The notes below the pieces were generated by a model, which saw only the letters and a list, made by a program, of their open reading frames with translations, ran no database searches and had not been told where the DNA came from. DNA of 64,000 bases from Penicillus capitatus (taxonomy: Eukaryota; Plantae; Chlorophyta), in NCBI GenBank assembly GCA_965649825.1, contig OZ287704.1, positions 48,001 to 112,000 on the forward strand, given 5' to 3'. The position numbers were made by a program, and so were the translations under genes. Of the stretch, positions 50,563-63,729 are shown piece after piece; the first letter of the stretch is position 1; each line of letters begins with the position of its first letter.

Positions 50563-50911
50563 AATGGAAAGGTTTCGGTGGATACGCTCAAAATCGATTT
50601 CCAGACAGTCCATTCGGCGTTTGTCACCGATCCCGACGATTCCAGCGCCTGGATCTACTATCGATGGTTGTTGAGTCACTTTCTTCATCTGGAAAAGAGT
50701 GAGGAGACGGCGGCGATGCTGAAGGACGAGGTGGCTTTTTTCGAACGGGAGTCGATGGAATTGAATCCTGAATCGAAGTGGACGCTGCTAACGTACGCGG
50801 TGCTTTTGGAGGTCGGTGACCAACGTGAAGGTCGCGAATCATCTCAGCAGATCAAGAAGATCTATTGAATACTGTGCGACGTTGAACCCATGAGACAAGG
50901 ATTCTATCAAG
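50563..50911 (+). pseudogene. C-terminal fragment of a protein prenyltransferase alpha subunit (RabGGTase alpha-like)
   Basis: FQTVHSAFVTDPDDSSAWIYYRWLL, ELNPESKWTLLT and LCDVEPMRQGFY; no N-terminal PPTA repeats recognised upstream. Confidence 0.6.
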
Positions 50912-52660
50912 GTAATGAGAATTACCTAAGGCCGAGAACCACACACAACCTTCTGGGCGTCACCCATAAATTTAAATTTTAAAAAAGTGAACTCAGAGAC
51001 ATGTCATCGGGAGTGGCGCGATAAGAGGAGTTGTGAATGCTTTGAGTGGAGAAGAACATCAGCCATACCAAAGAAATAGCCCAGTTCCTCCAAACCAAGT
51101 TCAGTAACCAAGACCAGTACCTATGGATGGTCGGGCAGCTGGCTGCCTTGTATTTCCAAGCCAGGGTCGGAGTCCTTCCGTGGTCCCGATTTGACAATCT
51201 GTTGACACCTAGTACTGCGATTTCTCACCCTGTGCCTGTCATTCAAGGTCGTTCAACAGACAGTGACATCGACCACGGGTTGACGAACCGCGCGATCGAG
51301 TCCGATTCGGCAACGGCCAAGAATCTGAGTAAACTGATGTATGATTGCAAGAACCAAACCGTTTAAATAGGCAAGATTGTATCGGTTATTTTCAAACTTG
51401 TTGTAAAACGTGGTTGGACCACTTTGAAAAATAGCAATTTCGGTTTGTACATCGCCAACCGTTGTTGAAACGTTTCAAAGTAAATTGTCGTTTTTAGAAT
51501 CGGTATGAAATCTTCCTAATCAATATAGAAAGTGCGAATTGAATATCGAAAACCAAACAAAGCGAATTTTAATGAGTTGAAGAGAACTGACATCTGTCTA
51601 CCTGACTTGCAAAATGCCAAAGTGAGTTCGAAACATTTCACAAAGCGGTCTCATTTTATGACGGGCTTGATACAGTGGAACGCTTCACATGCCTCACAAG
51701 ATTCTCTGCGTCATCAATAATCGTTTTCAAACTCCAAAGCGGCGTTCGGTTAGTTTGTTTCCGGCCTCGATTCTCGACGTGTCATCAGATCCGTCTATGC
51801 GTACTTCTCTTCAACTTTTCGTGCTGGCTTTTAACTTTGAATTAGAACATGTTAATAAAACACATAATGAATGAGTACAGGGTTTCTGTTCGAAGTCTAT
51901 TTTGTATCGCTCAAGGCTATCTCGACGAAAAGTGACAAGGCATTTTGCCGATTTCACTGAATCCAAGGATCTCAAGGACTGGTTTCGGCAAAAACTGAAG
52001 TGGGTTCTTATCATGGCTTGTTGAATTTTGCAATCGGCCGATAGATACTTTAATTTCCAAAAGTAGCATTGTGCAAAACGAACGGACAACTTTCAATCTC
52101 TCGTTGCGCATGTCTAAGTATGTTTTACTATTCCCCATTTCGATTTACAATTATTCATTTCGGTGGATGAGATTTGTATCCAATTTCTCTCTGTTGTGTC
52201 ACGCTTAGACATCATCGAATAGCGACGTTAGAACTCACGGCGCCCGTTTTTCGGAAAATAGTCAAGTCACGTTTCAAGCTCTCTTAGAAACCGATGGAAG
52301 TGAGCGATATCACGAACTTCAGTAAGAACTTCACAACATTTCTCATAGAGATTCTTACATAGAATCACAAAACATTACAGGCGAAAAGCCTTGTACATTT
52401 GAACGCTCTTGACAGTGCATATCATGCCCGTCGCGCCCTCGTCGCGTGGACAAATGTAAAGCAATCGATCCTACAGGACAGAGATCGTACTAACGTCATT
52501 CAACCCATTTGGCGATCCGGATGTGACAATGTCGCTGTCCCGACATCTGTGCCGTGGCGACGCTAATGGTGACAAAGACTTCGCGCACACGCGGATAAAA
52601 CGTTCTGCCGATACCTTACGAGCATTTCCATCAACGTCCACTACCAGAAAAACACACATA

Positions 52661-55600
52661 ATGACTGCCATGCACTACCGCTGTGCATTGCTTCTCCTTT
52701 TTGCCCTTCCCCTATCTCTATCGCAGAGAGGTGCGTGCGTGCTCGTAGTGCAGCGATACAGACTGAGAGCGTCGATTTCTTTAAAATGTAGTGCGTCAAG
52801 GAGAGCGTTTTCGGGAGGAGAATGCGCAGGTTGTTACCGTTCGAACGGAAACGGAGCTTCGACAAGCGTTGCTAACTTTGCGGAAAGGACAGCTCATCGC
52901 TGTGGATGCCGCGGAGATCGCTTTAACGGACACTCTTACCATCGCTGTGCGCAATGTCACACTCAGAGCCGCGCGCGAGACACCTGTTGTCGTTCGGTGT
53001 CCCCGCAGAGCTAAGCGAAATGCACTGAGAATCCAGTACGTTTCGATTTTGTCTCACACTTTCGTGAGAGGACGTTGTCTTACATAGGCGAGGTCACACA
53101 CGAATCTCCTCTCTGCATTTCACTCACTGTACCGAAGAGGCCGTCGTCGTCGAGCGTGGCAGACGTCGAAGAGTGAGGGCAACATTTGAAAATGTGCATT
53201 TCACACACAACGGCGCAACAGAAGGCGGGATTCATGGAGCAGCTGTCCGAGCAGATGCCTGTGCGGCTGGTAACGTGTGTCCAGCATCACCCGTTCTACG
53301 ATTCCAATCCTGTACATTCGAACATAACCGAGCCTCTAAGGGCGGGGCGATCTTCGCAGAGGATGCGTATATCGTCATCAACCAATCCACCTTTTCCAAG
53401 AACACGGCCGCCGTCACTGGAGGCGCTGTCTATTTTCGAAACTCGCAGAATACGACATTGACGATCGAGGGGTCCACATTCGAGGAGAATACTGCTGGAT
53501 CGGAAGAAGGAGAAGATATAGCTTTAAACGCTGGTCCGCTGGATTGGTTTAATCTTACATTGCTCGTAGTCGGGCGCGGCGGTGCCGTTTTTGCGCACAG
53601 TCCTATGGAAATCTCCATCCGCCGATCTGTCTTTTCAGACAATCTCGGCCGTCGGGGAGGGGGTGCCATTGCTGTCCTGTGCAATGAGATAAACACATCC
53701 GAGATCACGAGGGGATATAGAATAGACGATTCCCGTTTTGAACGGAATGCGGCTATTAGCGAAACACATCGGGGTTTCGAGCTGCCGCAGCCTTTTCTGT
53801 GGGCGCCGCACGTCGGCGGAGCACTTGCTCATGAAGCTCTCAATTCGTCGTTATCACAGGCTTGGACGCTCAAGAACATATCCTTCCTGGACAACGTTGC
53901 CGTTAACGGAGGCGCCCTCAGTTTTCGCTCCCTGACATCCGTGACAGGGCCGCACAGAATCTCTACCTGTATCTTTGAACGGAACATCGCCACGAGAAGA
54001 GGCGGATCGATTTCTCAAGACACATCCCATCTCGTCATCGTCAACACGACCTTCGTGCACAGCAAAGCTCTCTACGGTGGATCGATCGTAGTGAATGAGA
54101 ATGCCATACTGGATTTCGAGACCGATCCAGAGGACGCATCACTCCTCAGCTACATCGAGAATTCGACCGCCGTGTACGGCGGAGGGATTTTCTCTATCGG
54201 TGGAGGTAAGTACATCTCACTCCTCCGGAAGCAGACTGTGGATGCCTAGGCGATACCCACCTCGCTGCTTTGGTCCTTCGCGACAATGTGGCCATGCGCA
54301 GTGGAGGTGCAATGACCATCCAAGAAAGCACCGGAGTCGCTAGGTTGTCTGGCCTCCTTATCGAGAACAACCGTGCCTATGTCGGCGGTGGTATCGAAAT
54401 CTTGAGCATCGCTGCCTTCTCCGTGGTGTCTGATGATTTCCGGCCAACGGTGATTCGAAACAACACGGCTGTGACAGGAGGCGGTCTATACTATCGTGCT
54501 GGACTATACCCTCTTCTTCTTTTCCGAGTAAAGCACATAATTCGCAGGCCCGTGCTAAATCTGACATACAGATTGCGGACAGTTTGTTTATCGGCAACCG
54601 AGCGCTGCCGGCCGATTCCTCAGAAATGAAGGAGTTAGAGGATGCCAGTCGAAGCTACTCGCCATTATCCTCTGCACACGAACGGGCACCGAACTATTCG
54701 AGGCATCTGGGGAATTTTTCACTGCTCGAGTACATAACTGATGGGAAAGAGGGATTCGGAGGCGGCATTGGTGTATCCTTCTTGGATGTGCAGCTGTTCA
54801 CGGCCGTCGAAGCAATTTTCGAAAACCTGCAGCTTGAAGAGAACGAGGCTGTCGTGGGAGGTACTATCTTATCTGGAGAAACAGTCTTTCTTCATCGTTC
54901 TCTCCAGGTGCCGTTGCTGCGCTCATGGATCCACTCTACTGGAATCAAGGCCACAGAAAATCATGCTTCCCCATAGCCATCGGTCTAGATGCTTGTCAGA
55001 TCTTCGTGTTCTCCAACGTGACGGCGACTCGGAACAGAGCTGATTATGCAGGAGGCGTCTTTTCGAGCCTGCCGGAAGGAATTGCCGTCGCGTGTGCTGA
55101 CGACACGCCTCGTGTCACCGCTCGCAACTTCACAGGATTTCTTCCAATCGCCGATTCGCTTTTTTCCTACTGCTCGAATATCTCCGCTAACGAGATCTCG
55201 GATAATGTGGCAGCGCACGGGACCGACGCCGCCACCAATGTTGTCTTGTTAGTGATCGAAGGATGGAACGGACCGTTGAAACGCGTCGCCAGTGGAGAAC
55301 AGTTGCGGATTCCCTGCCAAGACACCCGTAATGCGTCATGCTCACGGGAGCTCAGAATTCTGGTGAAGGACATCTTTAATCAGACGATTGTTCGAGGCGT
55401 CGACGATGCCAATCTGGAAATTATGCTCGTGTCGGACGCCGTGGTTGGAGACCTCAGGTACAGAGCAGCGAATGGCATTGCTGTGATCAACAACACGGCT
55501 GCCTGGGGTATCAACGTCTCCACCACACTCACGATCGTCAGCGAACGCGATCGGAGTATCCGACTCGACGTCGGGCTGTCTACCAGAGAGTGTTATCCAG

Positions 55601-57811
55601 GCGAGATCAATCAGGTCAATATCTGCCAGAGCTGCCCACACGACCAGTACGGATTTGATCCCTTTCTGGAAAAGTGTGAGAGCTGTGAGAAGAATGCTGA
55701 ATGCAGTGGAGGTGCGGCTCTGGTGCCAAAGAACGGATACTGGCACTCCACTCCTTTCTCGCCTGTCTTTCGTCAGTGTATCGAACCAGATGCCTGTACC
55801 TACGAAGGCAGAAGTGCACGTCTGGTAGCCTTCTACGAAGACGGTGCCAGACTGCAATCTTACCTGAGCGCCCTTGACGGGCGGGATGGACAAGAGAGTG
55901 CGGCGATGGAGACAGCGGATTATCAGCAGTGCTCCATAGGATATGAAGGTCCGCTCTGTGGGTCATGTCAAGACGGTTACGGTCACACTTACTCGCGAAA
56001 GTGCAAGGAGTGTCCCGAAGGGAGCTCCAGGAAGAGCTTTCAGCTACTGCTGAGCTGCGGATATCTCTTTGCATTGATCGGGGCGAATTGCCTCGTGACA
56101 CTGATGTCCATGAACAGTCGCGTTGAGTTGGTCAAACACGAGCTACGATGTGCAACCAGGACACGATCGAGGACGATTCAGCAGTTGACTGCGACGAGCT
56201 CTCGACAAGACATCGCGCGGCAGTCTTCGCAGCGCACAGGTGTGCATTTCATCCACGGCATCTCCAACGATCGCTGTGCAGATGGATCAGCCGAATCAGG
56301 AGGAACGATGGCCGTCAATACACAGCAGGTTTTTGCAAAGCAGCTCATCGCCACCGTTCAGCTAACGGAAACACTCAAAGTGAGAAGCCAGGCAACGAGG
56401 CAGACGGATGCATTCACGACTGTCGTTTTCCAGCTGTTGATCAATTATCTGCAAGTGACGAGCATCGCTTTGCGGCTGCAGACGGACTGGAATTCTGTGC
56501 TGAAAGGACTGCTTAAACTACAAGGTTCTGTCTCTCACCCTGCCCCTGATGTGACGGACGTGTCATCCAGGATGTCTTGGCGGGCTGTCCAACTTCCTTG
56601 TCTCCGTTCCATACGAATGTCATTTCGAAGCGGATCACACGTCATCTTCCGCCAACGCCCTGTGGCTGCATCTCAGCACACCAGCGATCGTTCTGGTCGC
56701 CCTTTTGCTGGTGCTGCTGCTCGCCTGTCTCGTGACCAATCTGCTCAGAATGCGGTCGGGAAATGCCAGCCTGCCAGATGCGGAAGCTCGAAAGCGATTC
56801 TTCACTTATGTCATCATCATCTGCATCGTCGCTCTCTACTTCTCCTACATCGATCTTGCGCGAGAATTCCTCCGAGCCATCAACTGCGTCGAGATCCAGG
56901 CTTCCCATGCCGACCTCTCCCCAGACCACCCTTACCTGCAGTACGCCACGGAGGCGGTCGGTCAACACGTGTGGGCAGAAGACACAAATCTGGTTTGTTA
57001 CGAGGGGAGACATCTGGCGGTGGGCATTGCTGGCATCGTCGGTCTGTTCTTTCTGCTCTGCGTCATCGTCTGGATCGCTGTCTGGCTGCCGCTCAACGGA
57101 AGAAACCGACGCAAGACGGAGTTCGTTGCCCGTTACTGGTTTCTCTATCAAGCCTACCGCAAGAAGTGGTACACAAACGGCTGGGAATCGATCATCCTTG
57201 CCCGCAAAACACTGATCGCCACCGTCATCGTCTTTGCCGTTCATCTGGAACCGACACTACAAGCAGCGATGTGTGTCGGCATCCTTGTCATCTGTCACAC
57301 ATTGCATTCACTCATTTTGCCATTCAAAGTCCCAGAGGAGCACCAAAACACTCCCGAGTATGCAGGCGGCACTTTTCGGCTGATTCGTTTGCCGGGATGG
57401 GCGGCCACCTGGGTCAAGATGAGCAATGCCATCGATCTCAATGTCCTCGAATCGATGTCGCTCTTCGCATCCATCACTATGTTCTTCGCTGCCATCGTAC
57501 TCCATGATACGTCGGCCACTTCTCCAGGCCGCGTCAGCATGATCATCTTTACGTTTGCCGTGAACATCGGGTTCTTGCTCTATGGGTTGTATCGTCTCTA
57601 CTGTGGACTCCTCATCGTGGTCGACCTGAAACTTGAAGTGCACAATCTAAAGATCTCTCCCAGGCAGGAGAGACGCATGGATGTCATCAGTCTGAGCAGA
57701 AAGGTCCTCGTGTTGACCGCCTTCTATGGTCGGACATGTGTGGGAGGGGACGCATCAGATCATTCCGCAGTCTCGGCAGATCAGTCCTCTGAGCATTCCG
57801 TCCCCCCTTAA
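52661..57811 (+). CDS. Beta-helix, Cys-rich, multipass membrane protein, paralog 4
   Basis: Signal peptide MHYRCALLLLFALPLSLS; same motif series (ORFs 52791, 53173, 54270, 54925, 56705). Confidence 0.85.
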
Positions 57812-57991
57812 ACCCGATTCTCATCGTTCATGCTAGACATGTGCGCTTCTCAGATCAAGTTATGATTGCGGGATGGGATTGGTTCAGTTCACCGTGCGGT
57901 TGCTGTTCTCCGTGGACGCGATGGGGCATCATTGTTATAGATTTGAGCATTAGGCCACAGATGTCGGCATTCTCAGCGCAAACGCATCGCC

Positions 57992-58566
57992 ATGACGACG
58001 CTGCGCCGTTTTCGCTGCGAGGATCTCTTTCGTTTCAACCACGTCAACTTGGACCACCTGACCGAGACCTACAATCTCCAATTCTACCTTCAATACCTCG
58101 CCACATGGCCCGAGATGTGCATTGCCGCCGAGGGACCAGGCCAGCAGATGACCAGCTACGTCTTGGGCAAGCACTCTGTGATAGACTGACCTGCGTCGAA
58201 CGCATGGCTCTTCTAGGCAAGGCCGAAGGAGAGAGGCAGAATTGGCATGGGCACGTCACGGCCATCTCCGTGGCGGCCGAGTATCGCCGACTGAAACTCG
58301 CCCGCAAGCTCATGGCTCTGCTCGAGGACATCACCGAGACGGTGCACGACGGATTCTTCGTCGATCTGTTCGTGCGCGCCTCGAACACCGTGGCCATTCA
58401 GATGTACCAACAGTTGGGCTACGTTGTCTACCGAAGAGTGCTGCTCTATTACAATGGGACAGAAGATGGACTGGACATGCGCCGTGCCATGAGGCGCGAC
58501 AAAAATAAAGAGTCGATGATTCCGTGTGACGCACCCATCATGCCGAGCGAACTTGAGTACGATTGA
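57992..58566 (+). CDS. NAA20: N-terminal acetyltransferase B catalytic subunit
   Basis: MTTLRRF..VNLDHLTETY..YLATWPE, WHGHVTAISVAAEYRR, FFVDLFVRASN; one GC-AG intron at 58167-58216. Confidence 0.96.
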
Positions 58567-58588
58567 CGCCCGCGGACCATCGCCTCAC

Positions 58589-59149
58589 TCATTCTTCGAT
58601 CCACGGTGCATTGGTCTGATCCCATTGAACAATCTCTTCTGGCTGAAACCAAAGCTCCATTTCCCGAATGCCGTTCTCTGGCGAATCGCTGCCGTGGACG
58701 ACGTTGCGTCCTTTGTCGATCGCAAAGTCGCCTCGAATGGTTCCGGCGGCGGCCTCGGTTGGATCGGTCACGCCGATGAGATTTCTGGCCCCTCGGACAA
58801 CGCCATTCCCTTCCAGTGCCATACAGACGACGGGCCCCGACGTGATGTAGTCCACGAGTTTGGGATAGAAGGGCTTGTCTTGCAGCTCCACGTAATGCTG
58901 CTCGGCCAACTCGCGCGGACACTGCATCATCTTGAGGCCCTTGAGTTTGTAACCCTTGTGTTCGAACCGCGACACGATCTCGCCGACGAGGCCGCGCTGA
59001 ACGCCGTCTGGCTTGACCATGACATAGGAGATCTCACTCCGCACACTCAGACACGCAGCACGCCGCCGAGAATTAGCGGCAGAATGCAAAGGACGGCGAA
59101 GAAAATGACCTTCCCTAGTGGCCAGACGCAACGAGCAGCGGGCCATCAT
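58589..59149 (-). CDS. NDPK: Nucleoside diphosphate kinase with organellar transit peptide
   Basis: YVMVKPDGVQRGLVGEI, SGPVV, GTIRGDF, RNVVHGSDS; R/S/A-rich N-terminal extension. Confidence 0.96.
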   Translation of the reverse strand: MMARCSLRLATREGHFLRRPLHSAANSRRRAACLSVRSEISYVMVKPDGVQRGLVGEIVSRFEHKGYKLKGLKMMQCPRELAEQHYVELQDKPFYPKLVDYITSGPVVCMALEGNGVVRGARNLIGVTDPTEAAAGTIRGDFAIDKGRNVVHGSDSPENGIREMELWFQPEEIVQWDQTNAPWIEE

Positions 59150-59693
59150 GCGATTTGACGAGATGAGTCGGGCGTTGGTCGAAATCGAGGAGGAGCCGTT
59201 GCGCATGGAGCGCTATACGTCGTTCGTCTCCGAACCCTCGGCCGGAGCCATCGCCACGTTCACCGGGGTGACGCGAGATAGCTTCGAGGGACGCCGCGTG
59301 ACGAAGCTCGAATACGAGGCCTATCCCGAAATGGCCACGAGCCTGATGGAAGTAGGACATGGAGGGCAGACCACCCGGAACGTGATCCTCGGAAGATTAG
59401 AGTCTCTGTGGAACGATGCTGAAGAAATGGGACATCTGCAAAGTGTCACTGGCGCATCGAGTCGGAACGGTCCATGTGGGAGAGCCCAGTGTCATCATCG
59501 CCGTCTCCTCTCCACACCGACGCGAAGCGCTCGAGGTCAGTGCGGTCGCACGCTAGGCTATGTCACTGGGTCGTTGTGTTAGGCATGCTCCTGGGCGATC
59601 GACGAGGTGAAGGCGAAGGTGCCGATCTGGAAGAAAGAGTTCTTCGAGGGCGGATCGATTTGGAAAGAGAACGAAGAACAAAGGCGGCCTTAA
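59148..59693 (+). CDS. MOCS2B: Molybdopterin synthase catalytic subunit (MoaE/CNX6)
   Basis: [50 protein letters not shown]; two introns. Start is ATG 59148 or 59163. Confidence 0.93.
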
Positions 59694-61099
59694 TCCCTTA
59701 ACTGTAGTGTACAGGTTTCAGACGTCTGTGTCTCACGGTAGCGGCAACGTCGGGCATATTCGAACAGGGTTTGACGTGCGAGATCCCGAATCTGCTGGTC
59801 GTGGGCGGACGTGTTGGTCCAGGACATTAGGAACGTGATTTTGTGCTGGCCGGCCTTGAGTAAAGCGCGACTGCGTGTCGCATTCGAGTCTCCAGAAGCG
59901 TGAGATCCCTCGCTTGATGTGTGACGTTTCAGGCACGAACGCACCATGCGCTGAGCATCGCACAGCGCCAGGATTACGACGCATCGGCCGACGGACAGCA
60001 TCTTTGTCACGTCCTTCAGAACGCAGAGGGCCATGACCCTGCAGGATGCGAAGTGAGAACTCGCGAGAGGGTCTCTTGCCGCACTTATTGTCGGAGTGGC
60101 CAACGGGAGCGGCCAAGAGCGATGTCATGAGGTCCTGCACAACGACGGCACAGCTCTCCAGTTGCGATCTGTTTCGGTCGAAACACGAACAGAGTGACGT
60201 CCAGAGAAGAGCCACCTGCGTCGCATCCCATTCCCAATCGCCATTGTATCTCCTCAACACAAAGGCGTAGACATATCTACAACAGTCACCCAGCTGCAAG
60301 ATTCCTTCCGATGGTCGTTGCATCAGGTTTCTCACAGAATCTGCACCAGCTGCCGAGAAACCGTGGCAGAAACGGGCCCCTTGTGCAGAGCTTCGAATGC
60401 CGGTATCGGTTTGCGGGGTGGAGATGGTCGACCCTGTGACCGGGAGGAAGCTGCTTCGTCCAACCTTGCCACCAATGCTGTCCCTGAAGCCGAGAGTTGC
60501 ACTTCCGCTGCATTCGCCTTCTCCCACCACGGCGTAAAGATCGGCATCACATCCGAAGAGAAACCGGTCTGAAGCTGATGATGGAAGGAAGCCAACAGCG
60601 ATTCGGGCACCAGATGACCAACATCTGCCTCTCCGTCTCCTTCACACGTCTACTCGTCCTTTCACTTTGCGTAGTGTCTCGCAACTGTAGAAGTGCACCT
60701 CTTTAAGACGCTGAATCTGCTCTTCTGAGAGTCCATGGAAGATATCTGCGTCATCGGACTCCGACGACGACGAGGCTTCGTATAATCGGGCCAGGATCTC
60801 CTCTGTCTTGCGTTTCTCTTCCGGGGTGGCTCGCGTGTTGCGCAAGCCCTCCTGCACCTGCGATCTGAGGAGGAGCGTGCTTGAGCGCGGTTCGCCAGAA
60901 GAGGTGCCGAACTTGTAGAACCGTTCGGTGCAGGCTTCGCTGTGTTGGCGATAGCAGTCGAGGCTGCAGTAGGGGCAGTTGCACCGAGGACATGTATACC
61001 TTGAGAACTGCCGACAACACCTGTTCTCACACAACTCTCACTCTTTGGCCAGCTCAAATCAATCACCGACACTTTGCACACGGAGGCAGGTCGCTGCAT
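59690..61099 (-). CDS. ZNHIT2: Zinc finger HIT domain protein (ZNHIT2-like)
   Basis: After splicing: [35 protein letters not shown]; RRYNGDW; KITFLMSW near the C-terminus. Confidence 0.8.
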
Positions 61100-61500
61100 T
61101 CAAAAAATGCAAAGCATTAACAACACCGAAACGAAGCACGTCAAAGTCTGCCTTGACGAAAGGATCGCGGTTGCTACGATCAATTACGCGATCTATGGTT
61201 ATCGAGGACATGCGTTGTCGACTCATGACACGGACGCCATTCGAAACTCGACACGCCTGTCTGTTCTCTCCTAGAAGCTCGTTTCGCCAAAACCTCGAGG
61301 GAAGATCACCCTGGTGCTCCGAAGAAGAGCGACGCAATTTTTTCGTCACGTTCTGGTTCCGGTGTACGACAGACAACATCAATCAGAACGACAGCGCGCA
61401 TGACGATCATTGCATCTGAGCGCCTCGTCGTTTCGGAGCGTTCTGTATTGGAGCATGCGTTAATGCTGTCTTGAAGGTACACCTATTGTCCTTCTGCTGA

Positions 61501-62900
61501 TTGCCGATGCATTCTTCAGTCGTCGGATCGGTCGAGCTCTCCCAAGCGTCCGGGACCTGGGCCGATCGAGCAATACAGCTCGTGTTTGAGCAGACTCACT
61601 CTGGCACTCGTGGACATCAGTGTGACGAAGTAATGGGTATCGGTCAGAAAGAACCGCGAACATATCCACAAGAGAAAAGAGACTCAGAGCCTGGTGCTAG
61701 TTTCTGGACATTTCTGGCAGGCATCTGTATAGGAGTGACCGTAACCGTGATGGTGAGGAAGTTGATACCCTCACCGAATTCGCCGAAAACAAACGACCGT
61801 GAGCGAATTCCGCCGGTGAGAGGAACATTCTACAACCTGACGACAAAGGCGTTGGGTACGAGGTCTCCCGAAGAGCGGACAGCTGTCCGATTCTCTTCGC
61901 GTCCTCTGAGCTTCAGCCCATGTGCGTCGAGCAGGATGGATTCGGTCAGGCGTATCTCCGAGGCATCGAGAAAGACTGTCTGGTTTGGACAGATGGTGGA
62001 GAGCTTCTCTCACAGTTCAGTCTCTGACCTCACGACGATGTCGCCGCCAGGCCTGTCGTCAGATCGCCGTGTCTGCCCTATCGGCAAATTCCTTTACTCC
62101 TTCGTGTTCAGGGATGTTAGCAACCATGAGCCGAAGAGGCGAGAACAAGAACGAGGATGAGCGTCAAAAACAGAGGACATGCATTACGACAGCCAAACAT
62201 TTTGCCTCTGCACGGGTATCGGTCTTCTTGAGAAGTTTAAAAAAATGCGAACCGCCTACGCGAGCTGATGTCGTCATGTAACAGACAGATTTCGCTATAC
62301 GGCGCAAGAAGGGCAGATTCCCCACACGGGTCCTGATGGAAGGACGTGGTTCGTGTCGAGTAGAGCACAGGGCGGAAAGGAGCACCGACGAGGAACAGAG
62401 CTCCAAAGCAGAAGAGATCGGACGCGTCGAACTATGGAACAGGAAAGGAAGGATAAGATGCCGGTATAGCCAAAATATCGCTAGGATATAGTGCTCATAC
62501 GTTCCGATCCTCACAAGACAATGCTCCTGTCGGTTCTACTCAACAACAGTGCCTCCGAGTCGAAGAAAGACAACGATGAAGCAACTCCTCACGACGTCCT
62601 GCGCACTGGAGCTTTGGTGGACCACTTTGAGAGGGCCAAGCCTCTAATCATGTCGATGAAATAGGCCACTCCAAGCGTAAGAGTGAATAACGTCTTCCGC
62701 TGTTGTGCACCTTTAGATCCTTTTATCTGATAGCGCGCGTCCTGCTAAGCTTCGGACGTACGATGTTTCGAGAACTCTATGCTCACCGGGACATGAAGGC
62801 ATTGTTTGAATTGGCGGGCTCTTGTGTAAACATTGACAGATCTTCTAACGATCTCTCGGAGGTACAGATCTTGTTCTTGTTCCCTTGATGGGTGTCCTCA
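61501..62900 (+). CDS. Possible uncharacterised multi-exon gene with one TM helix
   Basis: Hydrophobic segment FWTFLAGICIGVTVTVMV and coding-like segments bounded by splice-like signals; no family recognised. Confidence 0.3.
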
Positions 62901-63729
62901 AATCTGAGTCTCGGAGAGTGGCCGAGGCGAGAAGGAGTGAGGAAGGGTAAAGTCGATGCCTCCCGATCGTCTTGGGTCTCTTCCTTTGTCTACTGGACCG
63001 TACCCGTTGACGTGACATCGAATCTCCGGCTGACGTGACAGATTCGAATCGTAAACGTATCCAAGGAGCCGTTCGCTTCGCCACAGACCAGCAGATAAGC
63101 TCGTGCGATTGTCATCATTTAACAATGCGAAGTGTGATCGATGCATTTTACACAACGGATGTCTTTAGACACTCGCCTTATCGCAGAAGATTGCTCGTGT
63201 CGTCGTCGACTGACAAGTGCTGCTCGCACTGCGAGAACAATCACGTACATCAGTTCAGCTTCGACGTCTCTTTACCCTGGCTGTGTGGATGGACAACCGT
63301 TTTCTTTGCTGTCCAAAGCACGGGCACGGGAAAACGTGGACGGGACGCGCCAACGATGTCCTGTCAACTGCACGACAGCTAGGATGGCATTCAAGTTCGA
63401 CCACGCATACCTGAGGCTGCATTTGATTCGAACCTTGCATTTGAATCCGAGCAAGAAGCGTTTTTTATCTCGCCGTCACACAGACCTTGTTCTTCTGTGT
63501 AAACATGAAGTGCGCCGCACTACACTCGTGGACATGTCTTCTTCTCGTTCTTCGCGCGACATTCGCCAGTCAGGGTACCGCCTCAGAAGCATCCTTCCTT
63601 TCAACGAAGCGTGTTGCGGTGTCAGAAGGAGTTCTGCCGTCCACGGAACTGGACATCGGGGACAGGCATATGCACGTCCACGCCGCCGAAGTCAACCGCG
63701 AAACACATCAGGTAGAATCGCGCAGACGT

